Below, piece by piece: positions 1 to 10,811 of a stretch of 64,000 nucleotides of DNA (positions are counted from its first letter, which is position 1; each line of letters opens with the position of its first letter). Source of the stretch: Patescibacteria group bacterium (GTDB lineage: Bacteria; Patescibacteriota; Minisyncoccia; UBA6257; JACRHW01); assembly GCA_028865725.1 (NCBI GenBank), contig JAGWJP010000003.1, forward strand, positions 1,697 through 65,696. The letters run 5' to 3'. The notes under the pieces are model-generated. The model was not told the origin of the DNA. It ran no database searches and was given only the letters and a program-made list of their open reading frames with translations. The translations under genes and the position numbers were made by a program.

Positions 1-77
1 TATTTTCGATACATATTGACAAGATATTTTGTTTTGTGATGTGATATTACTAGCTCATATCACGAAGGGGGATTTTT

Positions 78-518
78 GTGAAAGATTTATGCATTGTCCT
101 TGTAGCAATTCTTATGGTTCTGTGCGCATTTCGTTACGCGTATCAAATTAAGAAAAAAGAAATCAGCCCAATTCTTTCTACGTGGATAATTTTCCTATTA
201 GGAACACTGTTAAGCCTTATCACCTATGCACTTGCAGAGAAACATGATTTTCGTTCCGGCATCCTTAACACATTGGATGTACTGGTTGTGATGACCGTAT
301 TTTGCTCTATCCTTGCATGGGGTAATCGCCAAGTACGTTTCAAACCGTTTGAAAGGTGGTACCTTCTAGGTATCGCTCTCATTACCCTTTACGGACTTGT
401 ATCTGGGGATGCGTGGAGCTCTAATATTTTTACACAACTTTTAATCAGTATTGGGTATGCACCCACAATCCAAAACCTGATTACACAAAAAAAGAACACA
501 GAATCTTTTACAGGGTGA
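78..518 (+). CDS. small polytopic membrane protein, GTG start
   Basis: 146-aa ORF with 4 hydrophobic segments; GGGGGA SD-like 8 nt upstream of GTG at 78. Confidence 0.4.
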   Translation: MKDLCIVLVAILMVLCAFRYAYQIKKKEISPILSTWIIFLLGTLLSLITYALAEKHDFRSGILNTLDVLVVMTVFCSILAWGNRQVRFKPFERWYLLGIALITLYGLVSGDAWSSNIFTQLLISIGYAPTIQNLITQKKNTESFTG

Positions 519-800
519 GGATGTGCCGGTCTCGCTGGACTAGTTGCACTTTATCCTGCTACTGTGGACGGCAATGCGCTTGCCGCAGTGTATGCACTCC
601 GAACCATCGTCTTAGTTTCAAGTGTCATAGGACTCATGGCCTACTGCGAAATCAAGTCACGCAGCCTCGCATAAAAAAGAAAACCACCGCCATCTCGAAA
701 GACCTCTGGCTTTTTTTATACTTACATTTTGTTTCATACAAGATACAAACTGAGTACTAGATACTAGAAAAATCTGCTATACTCTAAACTACCTATATAT

Positions 801-1376
801 ATGATATTCGCACAGGGGATTATTATCGAAAAAAAAGAATCGGGCGATGCCGACTGGAAATATATCGCCCTTACTGAAGAGCTCGGAAAGATAGAATTTC
901 TTTCGCGTGGCGGGAGAAAGGTTCTTGCACGTCTTAGCGGGCACATCGAGCCTTTTTCTTATACGCAGCTTGAATTTACTCCCACTACTACGTTAAAACT
1001 TATAGGAGCAACGGTAAGTCATCATTTTCGAACACTCAATAATAATCCTGTATTATTCGCTATTGCGTATCGCAATGCTCAGTTTGTGAACCAATTTCTT
1101 CCCTTTCATTATCATGACGCTGATCTGTTTCAAATCTTTCATACCTATATATATGATATGCATACTCTGGGAGAGAACGTCGTACTGTCTGAAACGGAGA
1201 TAAGAAGAGAGGCGGAGAAACGCACCTATCATTTTCTTTATGGTCTTGGAAAACAGTTGGGGATAATATCTGAATTACAATTTTCTGAAAATACGCTACA
1301 ATTGAGAGAGGAGAATAATCAGCAGCTTTTAGTACGCAACAATAACCTTAGACATCATCTCTTGAGTAATCTTTAG
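801..1376 (+). CDS. recO: DNA repair protein RecO-like (short form)
   Basis: N-terminal OB-fold pattern GIIIEKKESGDAD..LTEELGKIEFLSRGGRK..ARLSGHIEPF resembles RecO N-terminus; 191 aa. Confidence 0.5.
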   Translation: MIFAQGIIIEKKESGDADWKYIALTEELGKIEFLSRGGRKVLARLSGHIEPFSYTQLEFTPTTTLKLIGATVSHHFRTLNNNPVLFAIAYRNAQFVNQFLPFHYHDADLFQIFHTYIYDMHTLGENVVLSETEIRREAEKRTYHFLYGLGKQLGIISELQFSENTLQLREENNQQLLVRNNNLRHHLLSNL

Positions 1377-1485
1377 AAAAAACAACACGAGAAACATGTC
1401 TGTCGCCAAATAATTTAATATGATAATGGTAACTTCTCTCTGTCTAAAATAAGAGAAGGGGAGAGTTCCAATACTATCGTCTGGT

Positions 1486-3378
1486 ATGCTTAAAGATACG
1501 GAGGAACATCTCTACGGGCGCGAGGATCAAACCAGTCCTCAAAAGCCAACTACATTACCAACAAAAGAAGCACCTCATACCTGGGAACAAATTGACACCA
1601 CTCGCATAGAATCATCACATACTATGCCCACACAATCTGCACCCACACCTAAACGAAGGACCGGCGCATTAAAAAAAATAGTGTTATGGATTTTCGTGCT
1701 TGCCGTAATCGGAGGCGGGGTAGCCACCTACCTTGCCAACTTTTTTTCAACACGTGCCCTCGCGGTGCACATGATGATACCCGACAATGTACCGGCGGGC
1801 AAACCATTCACGATAGATTTTATCTACAATAACAACACGCACGTCGCACTACGAAACGCACAAGTTTCACTCGATCTCCCTGGGGGCGTATTTTTTGCCG
1901 ATGATCCGAATAGGACACGCATTGAGCAAATAATTACACTCGGGGATATTTCTGCTAAAAAAACAGGCGATGTGTCTTTTTCTGTCATTGCGCTCGGAGA
2001 ACAAAATTCGATAAAAGAGTTTAAAACAACGCTTGATTATGGACTGGATGGATTGCGCAATCGCTTTGAAAAACAAACCTTGGCACAAGCTACGATAGGG
2101 GAGCCAGCTCTCAATGTCGACCTTGTCCTTCCCAGCAAAATTCAGGCAGGGGGACAATTTAATTTTGAAATTCATTATCAAAACACACTCGACACCCCCC
2201 TTGAAAACGCATGGGTGAAAATGGATTCTCCTCTTGGTTTTTCAGCCACCCTCACACGGCCAGTTTTTACCGCAACAAACTTTTGGAAACTAGGAGAAAT
2301 TAAACCGCAAGAGTCAGGAACAATCTTTGTTTCCGGATCTTCCATGGGACAAGGAGGAGACGTGATGCGCTTTGGAATTACAGGAGGTATTACATTGAAA
2401 AATGTAGATATTAATATCGCACGCAAAGAAGAGCAAACTGTGATCGCGCAAGCACCTTTTATGCTTGCAGTGGCACCGGAAATTCCTGCAGGAGATCCTG
2501 TCAAACCGGGAGACTCATTGCGCTATAAACTAACCTATAAAAATACGAGCGGCATAACCTTAAACGACGTGATTATCCGCGCGGCGCTTACAGGATCCAT
2601 GTTTCAACTTGATAACGTCTCAACAGATGGATTCTTTGACCCAAATACGCGCACAATCACATGGACAGCCGCACAGATCCCATCCCTTAAGACATTGAAC
2701 CCTAATGATGAAGGCTCTATAGAATTTGGAGTCTCTGTCGCCCGAGATTATCCTATTACAAGTGCCAATGACAAAAATCTTACCCTCCGTGTTGATGCAC
2801 AAATTGATTCACCATCCATTCCTGCGAACCTTCAGGTACAACAGAGTGCGGGAAAAGCATACACAGAGAGCAAGATAGAAGGTTCTATTATGATAGAACC
2901 CGCAGCTTTCTTCCGCGATGCAGCATCCGGATTTGTAAATTCAGGCCCTTTTCCTCCTCGCGTCGATACAGCCACCAACTATACTATCCACTGGAATATT
3001 AAAAATTATGCTGTTGATTCAAGCAATGTGGAAGTACGAAGCACCTTGCCACAAAATGCAATCTTTACAGGAAAGGTAACAGGAAATTACGGACCTCACG
3101 CGCCACAATACAATAGTAGAACACATGAAATAGTGTGGGATATCCCGTTTGTGGAAGCAAACTCTGGCGTGGTGGCGCCTTCCTACAATGCAATATTCCA
3201 GGTCGCAATGACGCCCACCATATTCAATAAAGGAAGCTCTGCCCTGCTTCTCGATCGCACGACCATTACTGCAACCGATACCTTTACGAATGCATCACTC
3301 TCGAATGTCGGAAAAGAATTGACGACGCTATTGCCGGATGATACAACGGTAGGAGCAAACGAAGGCGTAGTTCAGTAA
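1486..3378 (+). CDS. large membrane-anchored surface protein with repeated beta-rich domains (DUF11-like)
   Basis: 630 aa, one N-terminal TM helix (IVLWIFVLAVIGGGVATYLANFF), then long Thr/Asn/Gly-rich extracytoplasmic region with recurring ..L.Y...N.S motifs. Confidence 0.45.
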   Translation: MLKDTEEHLYGREDQTSPQKPTTLPTKEAPHTWEQIDTTRIESSHTMPTQSAPTPKRRTGALKKIVLWIFVLAVIGGGVATYLANFFSTRALAVHMMIPDNVPAGKPFTIDFIYNNNTHVALRNAQVSLDLPGGVFFADDPNRTRIEQIITLGDISAKKTGDVSFSVIALGEQNSIKEFKTTLDYGLDGLRNRFEKQTLAQATIGEPALNVDLVLPSKIQAGGQFNFEIHYQNTLDTPLENAWVKMDSPLGFSATLTRPVFTATNFWKLGEIKPQESGTIFVSGSSMGQGGDVMRFGITGGITLKNVDINIARKEEQTVIAQAPFMLAVAPEIPAGDPVKPGDSLRYKLTYKNTSGITLNDVIIRAALTGSMFQLDNVSTDGFFDPNTRTITWTAAQIPSLKTLNPNDEGSIEFGVSVARDYPITSANDKNLTLRVDAQIDSPSIPANLQVQQSAGKAYTESKIEGSIMIEPAAFFRDAASGFVNSGPFPPRVDTATNYTIHWNIKNYAVDSSNVEVRSTLPQNAIFTGKVTGNYGPHAPQYNSRTHEIVWDIPFVEANSGVVAPSYNAIFQVAMTPTIFNKGSSALLLDRTTITATDTFTNASLSNVGKELTTLLPDDTTVGANEGVVQ

Positions 3379-3442
3379 AGACAAAAAGGGGACCGCGCCA
3401 TAACGAAACGCTTATCGTATCAGTTATTTATCTTATTCGGTT

Positions 3443-4744
3443 TTGTTATTCACCATGCACGAGATCACAATGGAAACTATTATCGCACTTTGTAAACGCA
3501 GGGGTTTTGTCTTTCCCGGGTCTGAAATTTACGGAGGACTACAAGGCTTTTATGATTATGGCCCATTAGGAGTTGAGATGAAAAATAATCTCAAGGGGTT
3601 ATGGTGGAGCGAGATGACGAAAAAACACGATCATATCGTCGGTATCGACGGAGCAATCATTACAAACCCAAAGGTATGGGAAGCAAGCGGTCACGTTACA
3701 AGCTTCGCCGATCCTCTTATTGAATGCAAACAATGCCATCACCGTTTTAAGGCTGACGATGTGCCAGGAATTACCTCATGCCCGGATTGTGGCGGCGTCA
3801 TGACTGAACCACGCATGTTCAATACACTCGTATCCACTGAAATAGGCGTTATAGAAGGCGAGACCACACACACCTATCTCCGTGGAGAAGCGTGTCAAAC
3901 GATTTATCTTAATTACAAAAATGTACTGGATTCTACTCATTTAAAAGTTCCTTTTGGAATCTGCCAAATTGGCAAAGCGTTTCGCAATGAAGTAACGCCA
4001 GGGAATTTCTTGTTTCGACAAAGAGAGTTCGAACAATGGGACTTACAATGGTTTTGTCATCCTTCTCAAATGGAGCAATGGTTTTCGTACTGGAAGGATG
4101 AGAGGATGAATTGGTATAAAACCATTTTCACACACCCAGAACATCTCCGATTTTATGAACATGAAAAACTTGCCCATTATGCAAAAAAGGCTTTTGATAT
4201 TGAATATACTGCATCGCCTGTTGGAAAAGAAATGGAAGGAATTCACTGGCGCGGCGACTGGGACCTCTCCCGTCATTCAAAATATTCTGGAGAAAATTTG
4301 ACGTATACCGATCCAGAAACACAAGAAACTTTCATTCCACAAATTATTGAAACATCGGGGGGTGTTGATCGTACATTTCTCTTTTTATTACTTGACGCAT
4401 ATACGGAAGAAGGAGATAGAATAGTGCTAAAACTCAATCCAAAGATTTCTCCTTATAAAATTGCCGTGTTTCCGCTCCTTCGTAATAAGCCAGAATTAGT
4501 AACTAAGGCACAAGAAATATACCGCGGCTTACGAAATGAATTAGCTGTGGCATGGGACGATCGAGGAAATATCGGAAAGCGCTATTATAGTCAAGACGAG
4601 ATTGGAACGCCTTATTGCGTTACCATCGATTTCCAAACCCTTGAAGACAAGACCGTCACTATCCGCAATCGCGATACCATGCGGCAAGAACGGATCTCCG
4701 AACACGCGATCCTCACATATCTTAAAGATCATCACGTATACTAA
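3443..4744 (+). CDS. glyQS: glycine--tRNA ligase, single-chain class II
   Basis: METIIALCKRRGFVFPGSEIYGGLQGFYDYGPLG signature, class II motifs; alternative starts at 3455 or 3470. Confidence 0.9.
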   Translation: MLFTMHEITMETIIALCKRRGFVFPGSEIYGGLQGFYDYGPLGVEMKNNLKGLWWSEMTKKHDHIVGIDGAIITNPKVWEASGHVTSFADPLIECKQCHHRFKADDVPGITSCPDCGGVMTEPRMFNTLVSTEIGVIEGETTHTYLRGEACQTIYLNYKNVLDSTHLKVPFGICQIGKAFRNEVTPGNFLFRQREFEQWDLQWFCHPSQMEQWFSYWKDERMNWYKTIFTHPEHLRFYEHEKLAHYAKKAFDIEYTASPVGKEMEGIHWRGDWDLSRHSKYSGENLTYTDPETQETFIPQIIETSGGVDRTFLFLLLDAYTEEGDRIVLKLNPKISPYKIAVFPLLRNKPELVTKAQEIYRGLRNELAVAWDDRGNIGKRYYSQDEIGTPYCVTIDFQTLEDKTVTIRNRDTMRQERISEHAILTYLKDHHVY

Positions 4745-4769
4745 ATAATAATTAACACAACCTATTTTT

Positions 4770-6038
4770 ATGGAATTTCAAAAGCATCAACTTAAAAACG
4801 GCCTTCGACTCATTCTTGCGCCACAAGAAGATGCACGTGCAGCAACTATTCTCGTCCTTGTTGAGGCAGGATCAAAATATGAAACAAAGGATAAAAACGG
4901 CATATCGCATTTTCTCGAACATATGTGTTTTAAAGGAACCGCCAAACGCCCGCGACCTGTCGATATAGCAACCGAGCTCGATCAAGTAGGCGCCGCCTAT
5001 AATGCGTTTACCGGACATGAATCCACGGGATATTATGCAAAAGCCGATGGCAACCATTTTGATATGTTGCTTGATGTAATTTCCGATATTTATCTCAACC
5101 CTACTTTTGATCCAAAAGAAATTGATACTGAACGCGGCGTAGTAATTGAAGAAATCAATATGTATGAGGACACTCCGATGCGCAAGGTACAGGAACTTTT
5201 CCTCGCGCTCATGTATGGAGATCAGCCGGCCGGCTGGCCTCTCGGTGGAGATAAACAGATCCTGAGAACACTCCAGCGTGAAGATTTTGTTACCTACCGC
5301 TCACAACACTATCTCGCAAATGCGACAGTCGTAATCGCAGCGGGATCACTTCCTCATGACGCAAAAGAACGCATCGAAAAAGCATTTGCTGGAATGCCCC
5401 AGGGAGAGAAGGGGGCAAAACTCCCTGTACGCGAAGAACAAACAAAACCTCGCGTACTTCTCCAACATAAAGAATCAGACCAAACGCATTTTGTATTAGG
5501 AGTCCGCGCATTTAGCATTTTTGACCCGCGCCAGTACGTGCTTGAGGTAATGAGCGCCATTCTTGGGGGGGGAATGAGCTCGCGGCTATTTCAAAAAATA
5601 CGCGGAGAGCTCGGTGCTGCATATTATGTACGCAGCAGTGCTGATTTCTTTACTGACACAGGAATATTTTCAAGTTCCGTAGGCGCAGATCACAATAAAC
5701 TCGAACTTACCCTTCGTACGATTCTTGAAGAATACGCTCGTCTAAAACAAGAGTCGGTTTCTCAAGAAGAGTTACAAAAAGCAAAAGAGTATTTGAAAGG
5801 AAGCCTCGTCCTCTCTATGGAGACTTCGGATGAACTTGCCTCATTTTATGGAGGACAGGAGATCCTCACAAAATCCATCCTTACCCCTGAAGAGATATTC
5901 GCACGCATCGATGCGGTAACCTCCGAACAAATTCAGGCACTTGCCGCTACATTATTCGAAGACCGCAATCTTAATCTTGCGCTCATAGGGCCCGCGAAAG
6001 AGAACGCACTATTTGAGAAAATTCTTCACTTCGCATAA
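4770..6038 (+). CDS. M16 family zinc peptidase (pitrilysin/insulinase-like)
   Basis: inverted zinc motif HFLEHM (HxxEH) plus M16 fold-length protein of 422 aa. Confidence 0.85.
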   Translation: MEFQKHQLKNGLRLILAPQEDARAATILVLVEAGSKYETKDKNGISHFLEHMCFKGTAKRPRPVDIATELDQVGAAYNAFTGHESTGYYAKADGNHFDMLLDVISDIYLNPTFDPKEIDTERGVVIEEINMYEDTPMRKVQELFLALMYGDQPAGWPLGGDKQILRTLQREDFVTYRSQHYLANATVVIAAGSLPHDAKERIEKAFAGMPQGEKGAKLPVREEQTKPRVLLQHKESDQTHFVLGVRAFSIFDPRQYVLEVMSAILGGGMSSRLFQKIRGELGAAYYVRSSADFFTDTGIFSSSVGADHNKLELTLRTILEEYARLKQESVSQEELQKAKEYLKGSLVLSMETSDELASFYGGQEILTKSILTPEEIFARIDAVTSEQIQALAATLFEDRNLNLALIGPAKENALFEKILHFA

Positions 6039-6072
6039 AATAGCAGTAGGGTCACCAATCGTGTGACGCATC

Positions 6073-7083
6073 ATGCCCACTCCTACAAAATTAGATATTA
6101 CATGGAAGTCATTATTGAGAATCCTCATCATGAGTGCGGGTGTTTTTTTGATTTTTAAACTAAGCAATATTTTGACGCTTATCGTATTTGCAGTAGTGCT
6201 TGCCTCAGCGCTTAACCCGATTGCCACCTATTTTAGTTCGCGCGGATGGCCTAGAATTTTTGTAGTTCTTGCGCTCTACATTCTTATCTTTTCCATACTG
6301 GGAGCCGCGATCTACTATCTTTCCCCTCTTATCTTCAGCGAACTCCGTTCTTTTGTAGCACTTGTGGGAGGGTCACAATCTCCCGTACTTCAAGGATATG
6401 GAAACATTACCTACCTTATTACATTCCTTCAACACTTGGAATCAATATCTTCACAGGATATAACTATTCTTTTTTCACGTATTGGCTCACTGGTAGCGTC
6501 TCTTTTTGGCGGATTTACTTCCATGCTGGTTGTCATAGTTATCACATTTTATTTGCTTCTCTATGAACGCAGTCTTGGTGACTTTATTGCAGATATTGTG
6601 CCTGTCCAATATGAAGCGTATGTGCTCAATGTATGGAATAGAACCCAGCGTAGAATAGGACGTTGGCTACGAGCTCAAGTATTGCTAAGCGCGGTGATGG
6701 GCATACTCGTATTTTTTGGTCTCTCTATTTTAGGGCTCGATAATGCACTTCTCCTTGCAGTACTCTCGGCGTTCTTTGAGATTGTACCTATTGTAGGGCC
6801 CATTATGGCGGGGGCGGCCGCAACGCTTGCAACATTGAATACATCACCCACTCTTGCGCTTTATGTCATACTTATGTTTATCGGAATTCAACAATTTGAA
6901 AGCCATGTCCTTATCTCGCTGGTCATGAAAAAAGCAGTTGGTTTGAACCCCATTTTTGTAATAACCCTCCTCCTTGCAGGCGCTGAACTCGGAGGCGTCA
7001 TTTGGGTATTTCTCGCAATTCCCGTGGGCGTACTCCTTGAAGAAATCGTACATGATATGGTAGAGAAAAAAAGGAGGGTATAA
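6073..7083 (+). CDS. AI-2E family transporter (PerM/UPF0118)
   Basis: 8 TM segments and C-terminal conserved pattern VGLNPIFVITLLLAGAELGGVIWVFLAIPV typical of AI-2E family. Confidence 0.7.
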   Translation: MPTPTKLDITWKSLLRILIMSAGVFLIFKLSNILTLIVFAVVLASALNPIATYFSSRGWPRIFVVLALYILIFSILGAAIYYLSPLIFSELRSFVALVGGSQSPVLQGYGNITYLITFLQHLESISSQDITILFSRIGSLVASLFGGFTSMLVVIVITFYLLLYERSLGDFIADIVPVQYEAYVLNVWNRTQRRIGRWLRAQVLLSAVMGILVFFGLSILGLDNALLLAVLSAFFEIVPIVGPIMAGAAATLATLNTSPTLALYVILMFIGIQQFESHVLISLVMKKAVGLNPIFVITLLLAGAELGGVIWVFLAIPVGVLLEEIVHDMVEKKRRV

Positions 7084-7142
7084 GAAACAAATCCCGCCCC
7101 ATCCTCCTTTCCCTCACGCCTACCACGTGGGGAATATCATAT

Positions 7143-8636
7143 TTGCGACGTTCCAAGTATACTATGCAAAAAAAGTTTTATATTACTTCTGCTATTCCTT
7201 ATGTGAACGCAAAGCCTCATATCGGCCATACCCTCGAACTTGTGCAGGCTGACATGATTGCGCGTTATCACCGCCTGCAAGGGGATGAGGTGTTTTATTT
7301 GTTTGGCACAGATGAAAATGCATTAAAAAATGTGCAGGCGGCAGAACACGCAGGGATCCCACCGCAAGAATTCGTGGATATTCACGCGCGTTATTTCTCT
7401 GACCTTGCAAAAAAACTTAATGTGAAATTAGATGCATTCATAAAAAGCAGTGATCCTGTCCACCACTTTCCCGCAAGCCAAAAACTTTGGCAACGTTGCT
7501 ATGATGCGGGGGACATTTATAAACGATCCTACGAGGGCCTCTACTGTGTGGGGTGTGAGACATTTTATGCGCGTGATGAACTGAATGAACAAGGAGAATG
7601 CCTCGAACATCCTGGCAAAGCCCTGGAAACAGTATCCGAAGAAAATTATTTCTTCAGACTAGGACGTTACCAAGAAACACTTATCACTCTCATCAAAGAA
7701 GATCGCCTCGCAATTATTCCTGCAACACGTAAAAATGAAATCCTGTCGTTTCTCACACAACCACTTCAAGACATTAGCATTTCGCGCTCCAATGAACGGG
7801 CAAAAAATTGGGGCGTGCCCGTCCCTCATGATCCGACACAACGCATGTATGTATGGTTTGACGCGTTGAATGTATATCAGTCGGGAATAGGATTTGGATG
7901 GGATGAAACATCATATCGTAAATGGTGGCCTGCGGATTTACATGTTATTGGAAAGGGTATTACACGTTTTCATGCCATATATTGGCCCGCTTTTCTTCTT
8001 TCTGCGCAGTTGGAATTGCCAAAGGCGCTTTTTGTACATGGCTATATGACCGTGAACGGACAAAAAATGTCAAAAACGCTAGGCAACGTTATTGATCCTT
8101 TCGATTTGATTACACGTTATGGCGCCGATCCCATTCGTTACTACCTGCTCCGAGAGATACCTGCTGTGGGCGACGGTGATTTTAGTGAAGAAAAAATGAA
8201 TACACGCTACACAAGCGACCTTGCGCATGGAATAGGAAATCTTGCAAGCCGTATTACCACGCTTGCTGAAAACACGGGCACCATCACTCTTGAATCTTTT
8301 GACACCGGAATTGTAGATCCTTATTGGCACCGCTACCACGAAGCGTGTGTTGCATTCAAATTCAATGAAGCATTAGAAGTAACATGGGAACTGATTGCCT
8401 ATATTGACAGAGAGCTCACTCAAAAAAGGCTATGGGCCACTCCCACTAACGCGACACTTTCCTCTCTGGTTTCTTATCTCTTACATATCGCGTGGATGTT
8501 AAACCCTTTTCTCCCTCATACTTCCGAAACCTTGCTCAATGCGCTCGTAGGAAACAGTCCTGTGTATGGACATGACTATACAGGAAGTCGTCTTACTATT
8601 AAAAAAATAAGTCTCTTTCCCAAACGAGAAGCATAG
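7143..8636 (+). CDS. metG: methionine--tRNA ligase
   Basis: HIGH motif (PYVNAKPHIGHT) and KMSKS motif (KMSKTLGN); alternative start 7164. Confidence 0.9.
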   Translation: MRRSKYTMQKKFYITSAIPYVNAKPHIGHTLELVQADMIARYHRLQGDEVFYLFGTDENALKNVQAAEHAGIPPQEFVDIHARYFSDLAKKLNVKLDAFIKSSDPVHHFPASQKLWQRCYDAGDIYKRSYEGLYCVGCETFYARDELNEQGECLEHPGKALETVSEENYFFRLGRYQETLITLIKEDRLAIIPATRKNEILSFLTQPLQDISISRSNERAKNWGVPVPHDPTQRMYVWFDALNVYQSGIGFGWDETSYRKWWPADLHVIGKGITRFHAIYWPAFLLSAQLELPKALFVHGYMTVNGQKMSKTLGNVIDPFDLITRYGADPIRYYLLREIPAVGDGDFSEEKMNTRYTSDLAHGIGNLASRITTLAENTGTITLESFDTGIVDPYWHRYHEACVAFKFNEALEVTWELIAYIDRELTQKRLWATPTNATLSSLVSYLLHIAWMLNPFLPHTSETLLNALVGNSPVYGHDYTGSRLTIKKISLFPKREA

Positions 8637-8820
8637 ATATACTCTTATACCCTAAAAAGGGCGGGGTACCCCGTCTTTTTTGTATCATTCGCCAAGTATC
8701 TTGCCGAATACACACAATCACTTGCTTTTATTTGCACAAAAATACTGAAAAATAACCTCATAAAGCAATGCACGAACCCTTGTGTAAACAGCATTTTTTT
8801 GTTAAAGTAAACCACGTACT

Positions 8821-10302
8821 ATGAATAATCACGATGGCATGATAAGCCGCCCGCCAATAGTTGTAATCATGGGACACGTCGATCATGGAAAAACGACGCT
8901 TTTGGATTTTATCCGAAAAACGAACGTAGCACAACGCGAAGCGGGCGCAATCACCCAATCTATTGGTGCATACGAGATCGTTCACTATACTCATGAGAGC
9001 GGGGAGGGAAGAAAGATCACCTTTATTGACACTCCGGGACATGAAGCGTTTTCACAAATGCGCGGCAGAGGAGCACGCGCTGCCGACGTGGCCGTTCTTG
9101 TGGTAGCAGCAGATGAGGGGGTTAAACCGCAAACGAAAGAATCGCTTGAACAAATTAACGCAACCAAGACTCCTTTTATTATTGCATTTACAAAGATCGA
9201 CAAACCCGGAAGCGACGTGCAACGTGTACGCACACAGCTTTCAGAACTTGGGATACTCGTCGAATCTTGGGGAGGAGATATACCTGAACAAGAAGTTTCC
9301 TCATTGAGTGGAGAGGGAGTAAACGAACTCTTGGATCTTATCCTGCTTGTAGCCGATCTTCAAGAACTCAAGGCGAATCCCGCCGCGAAAGGGAAGGGAA
9401 TTGTGATAGAAACAAAACGCGATAGTAAGCGAGGAATCACAGCAAGCCTCATTATACAAGATGGGACCATTCATGAAAAAGATTTCATTGCCACACCAAG
9501 CACGCAAGGCAAAATAAAACTTATTGAAGATTTCAAAGGTACACGCATTACAGAAGCCTCATTCTCTTCCCCTGTTCTTATTACTGGTTTTGAAGAGCTC
9601 CCTCGCGTAGGTGAAGAATGGACGTGTGATGAACAACAGTTTTCCTCACACAAACAGACGGTGGAGACCACACAACATGCAAATGAATTTTTGAGGAAAG
9701 GAAAAGAGGTGCCCGAAGGTCACAAACTGATTAACGTCATTATAAAAGCTGACACGTATGGATCGTATGAGGCGCTCGAAACCATTGTCGAATCGCTCTA
9801 CAAAGAAGGCCTCAGTGTCCAATCGATAAGTCACGGAATAGGAGACATTACTGACAGCGATATTAAACTTGCCGACACATTTAAGGCAGTCATTCTAGGT
9901 TTTCACGTGAAAGTAAAAAAAGAGTGGTCACTTCTGGTAGATCAGCTCAAGGTACGGGTTATCACTTCCGATATAATCTATGATACTGTCACCCAGTTTG
10001 AAGCATTTCTTGATAAACAAGTGGCGGGAGAAAAGGAGTACCTTGGCGAGCTTGAGGTGCTTGCATGGTTTAGCGAATCAAAAAAAGGACAGTTGGTCGG
10101 CGGCAAAGTACTCATAGGCAATGTCAGTACCGGCAAGCGAATTGATCTCTACCGTGGCACAGAGAAGATTGGCGAAGGACGCATCACAACCCTGCACACA
10201 GGAAAACAAGAAGTAAAAACAGTTCCACAAAACAAAGAATGCGGACTTATTGTACAAGGGGCTCCTCGTGTCGAGGTGGGAGATCTTATAAAACTTTACT
10301 AA
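8821..10302 (+). CDS. infB: translation initiation factor IF-2, N-terminally truncated form
   Basis: G1 P-loop GHVDHGKTTLLD, DTPGHEAF, TKIDK; 493 aa lacks the usual long N-terminal region. Confidence 0.85.
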   Translation: MNNHDGMISRPPIVVIMGHVDHGKTTLLDFIRKTNVAQREAGAITQSIGAYEIVHYTHESGEGRKITFIDTPGHEAFSQMRGRGARAADVAVLVVAADEGVKPQTKESLEQINATKTPFIIAFTKIDKPGSDVQRVRTQLSELGILVESWGGDIPEQEVSSLSGEGVNELLDLILLVADLQELKANPAAKGKGIVIETKRDSKRGITASLIIQDGTIHEKDFIATPSTQGKIKLIEDFKGTRITEASFSSPVLITGFEELPRVGEEWTCDEQQFSSHKQTVETTQHANEFLRKGKEVPEGHKLINVIIKADTYGSYEALETIVESLYKEGLSVQSISHGIGDITDSDIKLADTFKAVILGFHVKVKKEWSLLVDQLKVRVITSDIIYDTVTQFEAFLDKQVAGEKEYLGELEVLAWFSESKKGQLVGGKVLIGNVSTGKRIDLYRGTEKIGEGRITTLHTGKQEVKTVPQNKECGLIVQGAPRVEVGDLIKLY

Positions 10303-10309
10303 ACTATCT

Positions 10310-10645
10310 ATGAGTCGTCGTACAGAGCGGGTGAATGAACTCATTCGTGAAGAAGTAGGAACGATACTTCTCAAAGATGTCACACTCCCAGGAAACTTTT
10401 TGATTACCATTACCAATGTAGACACTTCTCGCGATTTACGCAATGCAGCAATTTATTATAGCGTCATCCCCGATAGTGCGGTCAGGGAAGTAAAGGTGTT
10501 CTTGGATGAAGTAGCGGGGGATATTCAACACATCTTGAACAGACGCCTTAAAATGTATCCGATACCCCATCTTCGTTTTGTCTATGATCCACGAGAAAAA
10601 GAAGCCGCACGTCTTGATGAGTTACTGAAACAAGACCGCGCGTAA
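10310..10645 (+). CDS. rbfA: ribosome-binding factor A
   Basis: MSRRTERVNELIREEVGTILLKDV start typical of RbfA; directly follows infB as in the nusA-infB-rbfA operon. Confidence 0.85.
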   Translation: MSRRTERVNELIREEVGTILLKDVTLPGNFLITITNVDTSRDLRNAAIYYSVIPDSAVREVKVFLDEVAGDIQHILNRRLKMYPIPHLRFVYDPREKEAARLDELLKQDRA

Positions 10646-10661
10646 CCATTGCAACGTGAAT

Positions 10662-10733
10662 GGCGGCATAGTCAAGTGGTAAGACGAGAGTCTGCAAAAC
10701 TCTTATGCGCCGGTTCGATTCCGGCTGCCGCCT
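10662..10733 (+). tRNA. tRNA-Cys (GCA)
   Basis: cloverleaf: acceptor GGCGGCA/TGCCGCC, anticodon loop CTGCAAA, T-loop GGTTCGATTCC; no encoded CCA. Confidence 0.8.
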
Positions 10734-10811
10734 CTAGTACTTAATTTGGCACTCGGAACACGTAGAGTAATCTTCACATTATGCTACAATGAGGTTGCGA
10801 ACACGTAGGAT

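Noticed and set aside
515-760. 81-aa ORF rich in Cys/Arg after the first membrane-protein gene
   Set aside because: Compositionally odd (CRSRWTSCTLSCYCGRQCACR), no SD, partly overlaps the 3' end of the preceding gene; likely non-coding
1867-2802. Three minus-strand ORFs (1867-2181, 2178-2504, 2620-2802) inside the 630-aa surface-protein gene
   Set aside because: Antisense to a long continuous ORF with coherent protein features; no start signals
8637-8700. Palindrome cggggtaccccg + T-run after metG as a terminator
   Set aside because: Stem only 4-5 bp with a 2-4 nt loop; too weak to call confidently
9113-9307. Short plus-strand ORFs overlapping infB in other frames (for example 9113-9307)
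   Set aside because: Embedded in a confidently identified gene; no independent support
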